Positions 1-13,609 of a stretch of 64,000 nucleotides of DNA are shown here, in pieces. The DNA comes from Nemertoderma westbladi (Eukaryota > Animalia > Xenacoelomorpha), in contig JAUCBJ010001431.1 in the NCBI GenBank assembly GCA_032718475.1, forward strand, positions 1-64,000. Direction: 5' to 3'. Within the stretch, counting starts at the first letter, position 1; every line of letters starts with the position of its first letter. The notes beneath the pieces are model-generated. The model saw only the letters and a program-made list of their open reading frames with translations, searched no databases and had not been told where the DNA came from. The translations under genes were made by a program, and so were the position numbers.

Positions 1-625
1 GTTCTTCATAATATGGTTGATGAATAATTATATTTGGAATAACGATAAATAACCCCGAAACCCAATATTCTTGATATATCGAAGGTAAGAGAGAAGGGTT
101 ACAGATAAACGATTGTGACTTATGTTAAAGTGGTTTGAAGTGAATCTAATGTTATTTGATAGACCCTACATGAGTCAGTCTGTGTTCCTTTTATATGTGA
201 CTAAAATCAGTGAAGATTGGCAGATTAGTGTGCAGTATTGTGCAGCATTGTGTATGAGTGAGTCTGTTAAAGAAGCAATTCCTAAAGAATGCGCCATATA
301 TGTGAATTATAATTAAGCCATATCGTTGTGAGTAGTTTAAGTCATAACTCTGTTTATATAGATAAAGCGCCACGTCCTAAAGGAACTGTTAATATTACCG
401 AAGGTGAATAATATTGTCAGAGATTATATAGTACTGTCAGTCGAATAATACATTAGGCTTACATAGCAATAAAATTAAACCGTCGAACCCAATCTCCCGG
501 GAATATCCAGCGGGTGAATGATCGCGCACAGATTGGTTTCGACTAGTGTAGTGAATCAAATACTTGTCATAGACTAAAAACCGATTTAATATCTAGAAGA
601 CATCTTAATTTGGTGGGTTAAACTG
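1..625. repeat. Left arm of a diverged inverted repeat (partner arm 2699-~3300)
   Basis: Reverse complements of blocks at 84-105, 190-215, 261-300, 361-452 and 595-625 recur in reverse order at ~3190, ~3080, ~2993, ~2841 and 2699. Confidence 0.8.
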
Positions 626-2698
626 CCAAAGGTCTGAAAGCGCGAACAAAGATACAAATAACACTGCAGTCCCGATCGAAGCCAATCGACTGGAGTCTCA
701 CTTTCAATCTCTGCTCGGTACAGCGAATACGCCAGTGGGTTGTCCGGACCCTCCCATGCCATCCGCTGAGGAGCTTTCCGACCATGAATGGTATAATGAA
801 CCAATCACCAAAGAAGAAGTTGCGGACTCTATAAAACATTCGAAAAACAAGAAAGCTTCCGGGCCGGACGGGTTCTTTTATGAACACCTTAAGGATCTAC
901 TGCCGTTCTTTTTAATTCAAATAACCATGTTATATAACCTGTGTTTGACCTGCTCATCGATACCCTTGGCCTGGAAATTGAGTTTTATTAATATTCTGTT
1001 CAAAGGCAAAGGGTCTCGACGGGATCCCGACAATTACCGTGGCATTGCCTTGATAGCAGTTTTTCTAAAAATTCTCACATCGATTTTTAACAAAAGAATT
1101 ATGTCAAATCTAGCTTCCCAGTTCCCATTAGATCAATATGGGTTTCTCCGTGGAAAGTCACCAACTCAAGCCTAAGATAAATTCCTTTCTCATATACATG
1201 ACTCACTTAGCTCATCATCACACAGTGACCGTAAAGTATACGCCTGTTTTATTGATTTTAAAGAGGCTTTTGACCTTGTTTCTAGAGCTAAACTTTTATA
1301 TAAAATTTACAACTCCGGTATTAAGGGGAAAGTTTATAATATTATTCGCGATATTCTCAATAACTCAATTCGTATATTTGATGGTCTTAGACTCTCTAAC
1401 GTTATTAGCCAGCTTAAAGGTGTTTTACAGGGAGATTGTTTATCTCCAACATTATTTTTGTTATTCATTGCAGATTTGGCCTACAGACTTCTTTCTATAG
1501 CCCACACTATTTTTATTATATTTTATGCAGATGATCTAGTCATTTACTCGAACAGTGCCACAGACATACAGTTAGCTTTAAACCTAGTACATTTATGGTG
1601 TTCGGAGAATGGAATGATGGTTAACCTTAAGAAAACTAAAATCGTAAAATTTAGGAAAGGTGGCCGATTAAATAACAGCGATGTATTTTATTTCGGTGGT
1701 GATATTGTCAAAATTGAAAATTCCTACGACTATCTAGGTTTAACAGTGCAATCTTATCTCAGTTTCAGCAGACATATAGACAGAAAAAAACGTGATTGCT
1801 ACAGTATAATAGGTTCACTTAGCTATTTACCTCTTTTATCTGTTGATACCGGTCTCAAAATATTTAACGGTAAAATCGCCCCGAAAGCTCTATATGCCAT
1901 TACATCATATGGGATGTTTTTAAAACTAAATAATCTAAAAGAGCTTGATAAAATTAAATCGTCCTTTTTAAAGAAAATGCTAGGTCTTCCTACCAACGCC
2001 TCCTCAACTTTAGCACATAATGTTACGGGAGAAAGAACTCTAGTGGAATGCATCCTATCTAAACACAATAATATTTTCGACAAAGACGTGGTGCAATCTT
2101 ATAAGGCTTTTAGAGCCGATCGCCAGAACCACTTTATTAGCGAAGGTTTCATCCGAGGCCCAGCCTTTAAATCTACCACCTGGAGATCAGCCGGCCAAAG
2201 GAACCGCCACGTGCTCTGTCGGACGACAGCGCACGGGTTCCACCATAAACGTTGTCGGACGACAGCTCACGGGTTCCACCATAAACTCTGTCGGACGACA
2301 GCGCACGGGTTCCACCATAAACTCTGTCGGACGACAGCGCACGGGTTCCTCCATAAACTCTGTCGGACGACAGCGCACGGGTTCCACCATAAACTCTGTC
2401 TGGACCAACGCCCTTTCCACTCTTTATCCGATTCATGTGCCTGTAAATTCTGTCACTCGCCCATTACATATAAATTCCATATCTTGGTCTGTTCATCTGC
2501 CCCATCTCTCGCAACCCTAGTAAACGTTTAATCTATTTATTTTATAATTTAGCATGTTCCTATGCATATGTTCCATAGCATGTTTCAATTTTATCATCGA
2601 TTCATGTGTGTAGTTCCTATTTATTGAATTTATTGAATCTATTGAAATGATTAAACTTCCCAGTTGCCCCGCTTGGGGCGTAATGATTAAAAAAAAAA
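626..2698 (+). mobile_element. 5'-truncated non-LTR retrotransposon (LINE) ORF2 with RT, 3' UTR and poly(A)
   Basis: Frameshifted ORF (735-1175, 1458-2531) with KASGPDG, NYRGIAL, QYGF, DF..AFD, GVLQGD.LSP and YADD motifs, plus a C-terminal CKFC..H...C. Hairpin GCCCC-GCTT-GGGGC precedes A10 at 2689-2698. Confidence 0.92.
2214..2400 (+). repeat. 36-bp tandem repeat x5.2 in LINE ORF2, encoding (L)CRTTAHGFHHK
   Basis: Unit ctctgtcggacgacagcgcacgggttccaccataaa read directly from the sequence. Confidence 0.95.
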
Positions 2699-3300
2699 CA
2701 GTTTAACCTGCTAATTTAAGTGTCTTAGGAATTGACAATCCCCTGACTAATTGACATCAGCTGAAGCCAGTCTAGCGCGGCGTATGACCCACGGATGTGG
2801 GAGACTGGATTCTATTATAAAGAGAGCAGTAGGCTACTTTGTATTATTCGATTGATCACTACTATATAATCTCCGACAACTATATTTACTTTCGGTGAAA
2901 TATTAACAGTTCCTTTTGGGGCGTGGCGCTTTAAGTATCAAGCAGAGTTATGACTGACACTAATTACAACTAGTGGCAGTGGGATAACGCAAATGGCGCA
3001 TTCTTTAGGAATGCTTTATTAACCTTCACACTCAATTTCTGCACTAATATTCACACTAACGCACACTGATTTGCCGTCTGTCACCGATTTTAGTCATATA
3101 TAAGGAGAATTGTGACTCACAAACGTTGGGGTTATGAAATAGCATTAAATTCACACAGACCACTATAAATTGAGCCACAATTGCTACTAATACACCCTTC
3201 TGCTTACCTCATTAATTAAGAAAGTTAAGGGGGATTTAATGATTATTCATGAGTATTCTCCATATATAACATCCATTAATATATAACAACAATTAACAAT
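2699..3300. repeat. Right arm of the diverged inverted repeat (partner 1-625)
   Basis: Starts cagtttaacc, the reverse complement of ggttaaactg at 616-625. Colinear inverted similarity continues to ~3300. Confidence 0.8.
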
Positions 3301-3322
3301 AGTATAAAACAGTAAAAAATGG

Positions 3323-3740
3323 TGTTAATGACGCAACAGCAGTATTGCAGTCAGAACATCAGAATGCAGTGTAGTGCGTGTGATACGAAATGTTACGATA
3401 ATTGCAAATGTTAATAGATTTACGTTCTTATGACTCTCTTAGGCCACTGATGTTTCGGGCAAAGTCAGAACAGTCAGAACATCAGAATGAATGAATTCTG
3501 AGAATTTTGCCAAATTGCATCATTTCATATAGGCTACAGAGCACAGGTAAAGGGAGATCGCTCTGATTGGCTGAAATATGTCAACAACAACACAGATCCT
3601 TCACACAAAGAAACAGCTGGTAGATTTCGTCATCTCAGCCCTGTGTTTTGACAGACGCCTAGTTGCATAAGTTTATAAGCATTTGAGAGTATTTAGCGCA
3701 TTGCTCAAAATGACTTATGTTGTCCGCAAAAGCTTTTACA
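3323..3740 (-). repeat. Putative 3' LTR of a minus-strand LTR element remnant
   Basis: On the minus strand, purine tract GGGAGCGG is followed by TGTAAAAG (3740) just after the zinc-knuckle ORF. A candidate ..AACA end lies at 3323. No second copy was found in the window. Confidence 0.35.
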
Positions 3741-3818
3741 CCGCTCCCAGAAAATGGGATTTGAGTATATAAAATATACATAAAATCACAGTTTCTAATA
3801 TAAAAATACTCTAAACTA

Positions 3819-4872
3819 TCAGTCCTTCTTTCGCGAACGGCATTTACAGAGTTTCTTAAAACTTGCAAGAGTCTTTTTCTCTTTAGGGCGAGCCACTTTA
3901 CTAGGAGGGCTATAACTCCTGGGGGAAGGGTGCAATACAATTGCATCGGAAGGGTTAGGATTGCGGTCGGTGTATCTGCCGGTCGAGGTTCCCGGTTGGT
4001 CGATATCGATATCAGGGGATCAGGATTGAACAACCTTTAGGGCTTGTTTCAGGATGGCAGCTCTTACTGGTCCTTGATTGGTTGTCTGTACGACAGCAGT
4101 ATGTCGACCGTATGTAGTGAGGAATTTTCTCGGTTTAATCGTTTTTTCTAATTTGCATTCCCTGGCTTTGTATTCATATGGTCGTCTATGAACTTCTTGT
4201 AACTCGGGGTGTGCGTTTATGAATAATTCACCATATTCAGGATCTTGTCGAATAAAGTAAATCAGATTAAATGAATCCAAACTACTGGGATTGATATTTC
4301 TCAGATATTTACGGACGTATTTGGTTGAAACACTCTAGCCAACGCGTTTTATCAGTTCATAACTAGGAGTGCGAGATTTTTGTTCAACTGAGGAAAAGAG
4401 GTGTGAAACGCATAAACTATGCGCGTCCTGGATAATATCGGTGGCGTGATTCACAATGGAGATCCGCACTAGCATCCCAAGATCTGATATACAGTAATGC
4501 AACTATTTTGTCTACGCTTTCTAGGTCTCTGTTGAAAGGGCAATTGAAACTAGCATGTCCTTTGAATTGGCAGTAGTGACATTGAGTCATGAATTGAGGA
4601 CAAACAGTGAAAATATGTTGATTTTTAAGTCGACAGTATGCACAATAAATTTCCATAGAAGGTTGATCTTTAAAGTAGGAGCAGAGTTCGTTGGAGTCTA
4701 AAGGGGTAAAGTGGTCATGTGATGCACATAATCGGCAACGTTTCCTAGAAATGTAATTAGCATGCCGATAATCATACGCCGTGAGACGTTGTGGACCTTG
4801 ATGCCATTCCAACACATAATCGTTATCACTACTCCTGGGGTTATGGGATGAATTTCTTAAGATTCTAAGCAA
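3819..4872 (-). pseudogene. Decayed triple zinc-knuckle ORF homologous to the Bel/Pao accessory ORF3 C-terminal half
   Basis: CRLCASHDH...YCAYCRLKNQHIFTVCPQFMTQCHYCQFKGHASFNC aligns with the knuckles at ~62190-62360 and ~28090-28285. Stops and a frameshift are present. Confidence 0.7.
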
Positions 4873-7800
4873 ATTGGTTCTTCAACTTGCAGAGCTTCGA
4901 CAGATGCAGTCATTTTCTCTAGGGAACCCACCGTTTGACTTCCACAATGGAGTATCCTGTTGGGATTCTGGGTCTTTGCATAACAGATGAATGTAAATTT
5001 TGTATGCAAACGTCCTTGAAAAGGGCAAATACAGCACTATCTAACTTCTCAGCGGCTGAATCTCTCAAGCTGAGTTTGTTTAATGCACAGTCTTTAAACT
5101 GACTATCAACGTTAGGGAACGGAGTCAGAAAGCGCCTAAAGCATTCGAATCGGATGAATTACTAGTTTAGCGAGTTTAGTTCCAAGCATTAAGGGGTGTG
5201 AACAACCAGATTTATGACGCACAATGGTACCAGTTGTTCACCGAAGTTTCTTCCATCCTTTCAGTCCTTGTTGCAATGGCTGTGATTAGGGGGAAGTTTT
5301 GTTAATTGCTTATCCAACCAACGTAAAGAGGGACAGAGGTTGATATTGTAAATATCAACACGGTGATACATAGACAGGAGATATGGATACCAATATAAGC
5401 ATACAGATAAACAGTAAGGGGATGGGGAGGTTTCATGAGGGATGGTACGTTAGTACCACAATACAGCTATGATTGGTCGATATTCTCCACGAAGCTCCAA
5501 GTGCGCTGGGTAGAGAAGATGGGAGGAAGAGGGTTTCTCTGTCAACGTTACGTATCCTCGATTGCGTTGGGTAGAGGGAGAGTAGTGGTAGGAAAGAGGA
5601 AGGATATGGAGGGGTAGTATCTATAAGATACCACAATGGACGTGTTTCCTTTCATGTCATTACTCATTCCTACGCTTTTATTGTGACACTGATCACAACG
5701 ATTGTAGGAAGAAGAGGAAGTTACAGCCTCCCAAAGGAGGGGAAAACTAGTTTATCTAGGTTTAGCTTTTAGGATTAGCTCTTTAGGTTGGTCTAATAGC
5801 AGCAGGATTTTATTCGACCAATGATATAGACATTGCGTCATTCTTGCAGATTTGTATAAACATTCTTACAGTTTTGTTGTTGTGATTTATTAATTCTTAT
5901 GTTTTTTGTACTTCCGTTGATTGTAAATGCTGATTTCTGCTATTAATATTGCTTGATTTATGACTTTGAATAATGATTACGGCTTGAACTGACTCTTGAT
6001 TTCTTTAATCTTTGCAATGCAGCAAACTCCTATAAAGATTTTCCTTTCGACTGTTAGACTGTTTGTTATGCTTGCGCCGATATGGTAATTGTTAACTTTA
6101 GCATGTTGGGCTAAGGGTACCGGTAGGCGTCGCGGGCGCACTTTGGAAGCGACGGAAGGAGAGTGGAGGATCCAATGTGTGGCAACGCTGGTAGGGGCCA
6201 GTAGTTGTGGTCGGGCTAATCATGTAGAGGACTGTGGACCTGTCGTCATTACAGCGTTTGGGGGCTGACGATCAGATTTTGTTTCAGCTTTACAACACTA
6301 AGGTAGTGTAGCGGGTTTAGCTAGGAAGGCCGCATTTAGCTTGGGTGATCTTGATTGTTTATACTAGCGCTACATACTAGCACTATATTAGCTGCACAGC
6401 GCCGTTAGCGCTTTTGGTGTTGTTGGTGGTGTGTTGTTGCTAATGCTACTTTATGTTGTGTTGTTTAAAGAGTGCCTTATTCTTGATTGTGATATTTAGA
6501 TAGGCGCTATTTCTCTTGATTGTTTTCTATTTCTAAGTTTATGCTTGTTAATTGCTGTTAGGTCAAATAATACTGTATTTAGGCTGTTGCTAGTATAACT
6601 CAGTAACGTAATAAATTAGTAATACGAATTCTGGAATACTTAGTAATTAGTACGCAACTCTGTATTTTGAGACACCGTAATTTACTTTAGCACTTCGAAT
6701 AAAATTAAGAGTTTGTACGCTGCATACCGGAGAATAGTTTGGGTAAATTACGTTTAGAAATATCTTAGAATTTTCGATGCTAGGTGGTTATTTGAAAGTA
6801 GCAGGTCAGCAGGTTGATAGTAGTAGCTAGGGTTGCGCAGTAGTAAAAATCGCTGAATCCAATCAGCTCAAGGTCAGAGTTTTCGACATTAGGGCAAATT
6901 AATATCCCATCCCTTTGCAATATAAAATATTCTCATATTCGACATTGTCCTGCCGAGCAAACCGCACGTATTTCTCTGACAAAGTGAACACTGAGTGTTA
7001 TATCACCCGCACTCTTATGAAGTAGTTTAGGAAGCCAAATCGGATTTATTGTTTAGGTTATTTCAATTTGGCTTATAAATTAGAACGATTAGCTCTCCGT
7101 TGGGATTCCGACAGAGAAAGGAGCGTGTATGATTGGTAGAGCCGTACATAGTTCAACAGTTTGCATTACAGAAACTCAACTGTTATCATGGATACACAAA
7201 ACAGTGACATTCTGGTAAATATTAAATAAGTCTTTTGAACCGTATTTGACTTTAAATTAAATTAAAATACGCAAACGACTTTTAAATTAAGATAAATCGT
7301 GTGAATAGTAAATATATTGTGTGAGTTCGTGTGAAGCGTATACAAATGTCCAACCTTTCATTGATGCAAGGATTGTAGCAGACAAATCTGGCTCCGGACC
7401 AGTTCCCCGTCTCCCTGGCTTGATGAGAGTTTAGCATATAGCCACGATACCTCGGTACCGCTGGTAGTTGCGAACTCGAGTCTCGCCATTAAGGGATCGA
7501 TCAGGGACTGTGTTGCGGTGTGTGGCTGTCTGATTGGGGAGGTGACGTCCGCCTACCCCTGTTGCAGTCATATATTCAAACTCGCACCTCAATATGTTGA
7601 AATCTATGTTCCGATAAATGAGGTTCTCGGGACAACATGCGGAGATGATGGATACGATAACGGCTGATCTCACTGGTGAATCTACCGAACTCACTCTCAG
7701 AGTATGTCGCCCTGTATGGACGTGTGGACGAAGAGCGGACGTAGCATGGACGATTGAACAACGAACACGAATCAGCTACTTTGGTCCAACCCGCGGTCCA

Positions 7801-8456
7801 GACTTTAATGGAAGGGTTCCAAAGTAAAGCACATATTCACGCGTCTGGGTCTGTAAAGTGTTTTCGGTGTCGCTTACAGTCAAACGCGACCGATACCTCT
7901 CGACACCGACATCTCCAACCCCAATTTAGTTGTGGATGCTCTGATGTTGTAAACTCACATTGTAGAGCCTGTATGCAACAATACTGATGAATGGATTATC
8001 GCTCCCCTTGGTCGAGCTGATCAAAAAAGATTTTAATTCGGGATAATTACCTCGAAAGACGTCTTCTCCATTCCCCGGGCTATGGGTCTCAGGACCACAC
8101 GGATTTCGTCTTGCTCTGTCAACATTGTGTAACGAAACCCGAGTTTCATGCCTGCAGCGTGGATTTTCTATCTCTGGTTAATCCCCTCGACGATGTCGAA
8201 GTCGAGCCCCTGCAGAAGTATCTTGACCATATAACAAAGTCAAATATCTTTCGACTCAACCCAAAGGGACGACGAAATATCCCTTCTGAAATATATCAGA
8301 TTGTGGGATTACTCTGCGAATTTACAGTGGATTGCGCGATCACTTTATGTAAAGTAATTGCGCTATTCTGTTCCCACATCAATCGTGGTTAGCTAACCTC
8401 AACCTGGAACATCTACTGGTGGACCAACCGTACGAACTGTAGCACCCCCTTCCGAC

Positions 8457-8760
8457 TCATTGGAACTTCATACACACTATATAACATTGGAGGTGTCTCA
8501 TTGGTTCCCCCAAGCTTGACACTAGAACAAAATCGCCTCCGCTTTGCAGGAGATTGCTTTCGCCGTGAGGACCAGCCAGTGCATAATCGTGTACTTTGGT
8601 AGCCTCATGGAGTGAATAAGCATGGTGCACAGCCCATGACTTTCTTGAGACGCATCTTAAAGGACACTGGCCTTGAAGTTGCGAATGATCTAGCAAATGT
8701 CATGGGTGATAGGGAGTTGTGGCCGTGCAATTTTGTGGACAAAATGTGCTGTGCCGGTTT
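8457..8760 (+). mobile_element. 3' fragment of an RTE-type LINE ORF2
   Basis: Translates RLRFAGDCFRR..LW*PHG..KHGAQPMTFLRRILKDTGLE..NDL.N.M.DR.LW, the typical RTE C-terminal pattern. Confidence 0.7.
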
Positions 8761-9169
8761 GTCGACAAACCGGCACAGCATTCTTAAAAATGCAGCTGCA
8801 ATGCAGCATGAAGGTCCTGGTGATGGGAAATTAATTCCCTGATTGAATTAACTAAAAGTACTACTTTACTTTTAATTCGTCGACAAAATGTCAGCTCCAG
8901 TAAAGTTAAACAAATTAAACATACTCAATCAAAAGTAGGTTATTTATAAACAATCAAAAGCTGTTGCTTAATCCTCATTCCTTGAAGACTTTACCGCGAA
9001 ACCAAATAGTATAAATGCTACCATGTATAGCTGAGGTTAATAAATTTTTTAATCATAAAAGATCGAAGTTGAAATTAAAATGTTAAATAACAAGAAGCGG
9101 GAAAAGTCTCCCTGGCCTGTTGTATTTATTACATATACGAACTAATTAACTAACTAATTAACTATTTAA

Positions 9170-9373
9170 CTAATGTCTCGAGGGCACTAATGTCTCGCGG
9201 GCACTAACGTCTAGCGGGCACTAACGTCTCGCGGGTACTAACATCCTATGGGACATTAGTGCCCGCGATAATGCGACTAATTGACCGCGGGCACTAATGT
9301 CTCATAGGACGTTAGTGCCCGCGAGACGTTAGTGCCCGCGAGACGTTAGTGCCCGCGAGACATTAGTGCCCGT
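9170..9373. repeat. 17-bp tandem repeat (gggcactaatgtctcgc) in both orientations; further copies at 10075-10270
   Basis: Units are read directly and switch orientation, forming hairpins. Confidence 0.85.
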
Positions 9374-9534
9374 CCGTTCAAGGAAAGAGGATTAAGCAAC
9401 AGCGTTTGATTGTGAATAAATAACCTACTTTTGATTGAGTATACTTAATTCGTTTAACTTTATACTGGAGACAGTGTGTAATAAAAAAACAAGGAGCAGT
9501 ATTAGGCCTACAATATAATTGTCCGAGGACGCAC

Positions 9535-9846
9535 TAAAGGCCCGTTCACAGCCAATAGAACGGTACACCGCACGGTGTACCGCAGGGCCAGCGTACACCG
9601 CTGACTGTGAACGACCCTACAGGTAGTTGTTCACTAAACCGCGCGGTTTACCGCAGCCCATTTAAACAATGTTTAAACAATTAATGTAATTTCCTGTTGA
9701 ATTCATAGTCGACAGATAGACAATCAGTTACCGCAAAGGTACCATTGGGTGTGAACGGGCTCCGGGTAGTGTACCGCTGGCTTACCGCTTCAATACCGCC
9801 AGACTACTTTACCGCTCACGCACCGTTGGATGTGAACGGGGCTTTA
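9535..9846. mobile_element. Small MITE with TIR aaggcccgttcaca, flanked by TA
   Basis: ta-aaggcccgttcaca ... tgtgaacggggctt-ta, with internal gtgaacg and taccgc motifs. Confidence 0.65.
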
Positions 9847-10623
9847 CTCTGATATATTATAATTAATTAATGATTTTAAGAAAAATAATCAGTCGAGAAT
9901 TAAAAGTAAAGTAGTACCGCGTTACTTTTAGTTAATTAAATTAGGGAATTAATTAAATTAGTGTATGTTGATGGAGGAGGCCGTTGTGGATGACTTTGGT
10001 TGAATGGGGTATAAGTAAGAAGATAAACGGATTGCCTTATACATGAGTAAGACTAACTTCCAAATTCAGTACGGGGCGCGGGCACTAATGACTCGTGGGC
10101 ACTAACGTCTCCCTTGCAAACATGGTCCTCGGGCACTAATGACTGGCGGGCACTAACGTCTCCCTTGCAAACATGGTTCCCGGGCACTAATGACTCGCGG
10201 GCACTAAAGTCCTGAGACATTAGTGCCCGCGGGAACTAATGTCTCGCGGGCACTAATGTCTCGCGGGCACATCTAAGGCAACATCTTTTGAATGGATCTA
10301 CCTATGTTGCTCGCTATATCTCCTTTTATTTATTATAATAATAAATATTTTGCGGTATCTATTTTGCATGCATGCATACACTACAACAGTAGGATAATTG
10401 TCAGCTTATTTTAGTCTAGTATCATAGCATTATTTGATTTAGTAAACTTCCAACCTTAACTTCAACTTAAATTTTGCAGTAATTAGTGATTAGTAATTAG
10501 TAGGTTCAGTACTTATCAATTTTTACACAGCTCTTTACATTTTTTTTTTATATTCTTAATGGTGGATAGTGTAAGGGACTACCCGTCTGTCCAGCATCTG
10601 CACATTGCATGCATGATACCATG

Positions 10624-11385
10624 AACACCCATTTTTAGCTTTTGTTAGCAAGTCGCCCCCCCCCCCCCCCCTAATTTTTTTTAAAATTTCACTCAAATGC
10701 TACGAAATTTGGTATGATGTTAGTTGAACAAGCCATTAAAAACCGTATATTTGGCAATATTTAGAGGCCTCAGTTGAATTTTTTTATCGTCTTTAGAATG
10801 TAATCCAGATATTATTAGAACCACCTTCATCTGCAGATTCCGAATCTGAAAACAGTTTTAAATTCCAGAAAAAATTGCCAAAGATATTATCAAAATACTA
10901 AGGTGTAAGTTTCGAGGCGAAAATCGATATAACTCTTTAATGTTTTTTGTCTTTATTCTTGAATACTGTATTACTTATTATTTAGCTGCGCCTTTAAAAC
11001 TCTCCATCTTGTTTCATCATTACGGATATTCTAGAATTGAGTATAAAAACATGAGAACTACACGATTTACGTGTCTAAATCTAAATGTATAAATTCGATA
11101 ATATCTCCGGAAGTTGATGGTAAAATTGAAAACGGTTTTCAGATTCGGAATCTGCAGATGAAGGCGGGGAAGACTGATGAAATACAGCCGACGGAGGTAG
11201 ATAAATACAGTATTCCAAATAGACGATTTTTAACGGCTTGTATCGAAATAGCTCAGAATTTGAAAATCCGGCCAGACCGGCAGTAAGAAAGGTTGTCGAA
11301 CTATCATCACACCAAATTTCTTAGCATATGATTGAAATTTGTAGAAATTAGGTGAGGGGGCTCCGACTTGCTAAAAATGGTTGTT
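10624..11385. mobile_element. Foldback MITE
   Basis: Ends aacacccatttttagc / gctaaaaatggttgtt. Inner inverted blocks at 10645-10755 vs 11215-11372 and 10824-10865 vs 11124-11163. Confidence 0.75.
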
Positions 11386-12224
11386 GTATTTAGGGAGATG
11401 GTGTATATTATAACACTAGTATGTGAATTATTCATCCATAAGCTAAGTGTTCTAGAACTTGGTGTATTTATAATTAAATGTTTGTGTGGGAGCCATCTGG
11501 AGCTACGAACGCACTGACTGCACTATGATTTATATTACCGGTATCTTGTATCCTAGTGTTTCAAGTAATGTTGTAAATTAATAAGAGTAAGATTTTCATT
11601 AGTTGCTATGAAACAGAACCAACAAAACTCTGGAATATTTAATGTTTTGGTTATATTTATAGTTTTATTTACATTAATGTATTGGCTACAATATAGGCCT
11701 ACTAATTATTATTAATTACTAAATACTTAATTCCAGTGGTGCTAAAATGATTCCAAAAACTGTGACACACCACAGCTGCGGCGAGTGGTAGCGACGGGCG
11801 GCCGCTGCAGCCCACTGCCCTTTTAGAACTTGCTCTATATTTTGAACAGCGAGCGGCTTTGTGAGTTATTCACAAATAAAAAAAATTAGATCTGATTACA
11901 TGAAGGGAAGGTGTGGTGTTTACCGGAATTTTACCAGCTATATTTGATATATATATTGGTACTAGTGTGTTATAGGTACACCCACCCCCCCCCCTCAAAA
12001 TTGTTATTATACTGTAGCACATTTTGCCAACTTATTTTGGAAATGTCCTAAACATTGTCATATATTTAATAATTTATGTAATAAAATATTCTAGAACAAA
12101 TATTCTTTGTTCTAGAGTCAATTTTTAAAAAACTTTAAATTATATTTTTCATTAGTGATGTTGTACTTTATATCAAGGTAATTATATTTTGTTGATCTAA
12201 CATCACCAATAACCAACTAATTGT

Positions 12225-12890
12225 TCATCCGTTGCTATGCAATACACTTGTTGCTATGGAAAATGACTACTGACCATTGCCAACTTTTGTCTGTCTATCA
12301 CCTATATTGCATAGTAAGCATGACATAAACATTTTCTACTGATTTCAGTTAACTGCGATATGGTTGCTATGGACTATACCTTGTTGCTATGGTGAAAGAC
12401 CCCCTGTTGCTATGGTGTGGTCCCTAGGTATATCATATAATTCTAATAATCACTGTAGGTCTATATACAAATTTTCAACAAAAACCATCCGACACTTCGC
12501 CCGTTGCCACTGTATGTACATGAATACGCATCTGTTGCCATGGAAACGGAATTCAGAGTCTTCCTAACTTCGCACATGTCTGTCTACCAACTACCCAGGC
12601 ATACTGTAATCTTTCAACCGACATACAATGAGACAACGCATTGACATTTTGGATGCAAGTTATATTTGTTTTAACAAAGATTTTGTAATTATTTTGAAGC
12701 AACCTTACTAAATTAGCTTGAGGCGTTGCCATTGGCAACCTATCACACTTACTTTGGGACCCCTGACAATTTTTACCGTGTCTAAAGCGGTCTATTTACT
12801 GATAAAAGACAACCATTTACAACCGCGGTGAGGAATGCCTATTATAAGTTAAGTGCTTCTATTCATACAGTGTAGCCTCCATGGCAACAG
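12225..12890. repeat. Dispersed repeat rich in GTTGC(C/T)ATGG(C/A)AAC motifs; similar tracts at 16.8-17.3 kb and 42.9-43.9 kb
   Basis: Many degenerate copies of the palindromic motif. Probably a non-autonomous element. Confidence 0.5.
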
Positions 12891-13609
12891 AGATATACAA
12901 CGCAAAATTATAAATGCAAAAAATTATGAAAAATAGCTAAAATGTGGAATTTTTTCAGAAAATCCTTAATAACTCGACTCCATGTTAATGAAATTCGGAG
13001 ATATTTAGTGCATTCGAAAGCTAAGAGTATTATCTATCTTTATATGTAAAGAACTCGTCATAAAACCTACGGGAAGTTACATTTTAATAAGATCGTGTTT
13101 TTGTGTGAATGGTGATGTTGTATTCGATATCAAGGTAATAATTATATTTTGTAGATCATTATATTTTCTGTAGCTAAGATTTATGATTACATGTTGTAAA
13201 AATGACTGAATTGAGTTTAGAGGAATTAATAAGTCTTATACAGTAAAAGTATTCTATGTAATTAATTTTCTGAATATATGACCTCAATACAGTGAAATCC
13301 TTCTTATAAACAAATTCTACAAAAATTAAAAAAAAAAATATTTTTTATATTTTTTAAAAATATTCTTGAACAAAAATTATTTGTTCTAGAACTTTTATAT
13401 TCTAGTTCTAATTAGCGAAGATGTTTTAGAACATTATTCAAAACTAAAAATAGTACATTAATATTTTTATTATTTTTTTTAAATTGTTCTATACTTGTTC
13501 TAGAACATTTATTAATTTTTTATAAATTAGATAACATGTTCTGGAACATGTTCGTAAAAAGAAATAGCCTAAACTAGCTAGTAAAATTTATTTATTTTTT
13601 ATTTAAATA

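Larger units (their letters stand above)
8828..9955. mobile_element. Foldback/MITE with long terminal inverted repeats and nested insertions
   Basis: 8893-8985 is inverted at 9376-9470 and 8828-8884 is inverted at 9891-9955. Confidence 0.7.

Noticed and set aside
4873-5340. Exonuclease domain upstream of the minus-strand knuckle ORF
   Set aside because: Manual translation showed no DNEG or KVG motifs, so it cannot be supported.
12225-12890. RFX X-box enhancer cluster
   Set aside because: The motifs are embedded in a dispersed repeat family seen at three places in the window, and there is no evidence of regulatory function.
13360-13555. Cluster of TTCTAGAA heat-shock-like elements upstream of FReD paralog 1
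   Set aside because: The motif is scattered through the surrounding AT-rich repeat (also 11450, 12090, 34545) and lies outside the region conserved with paralog 2.
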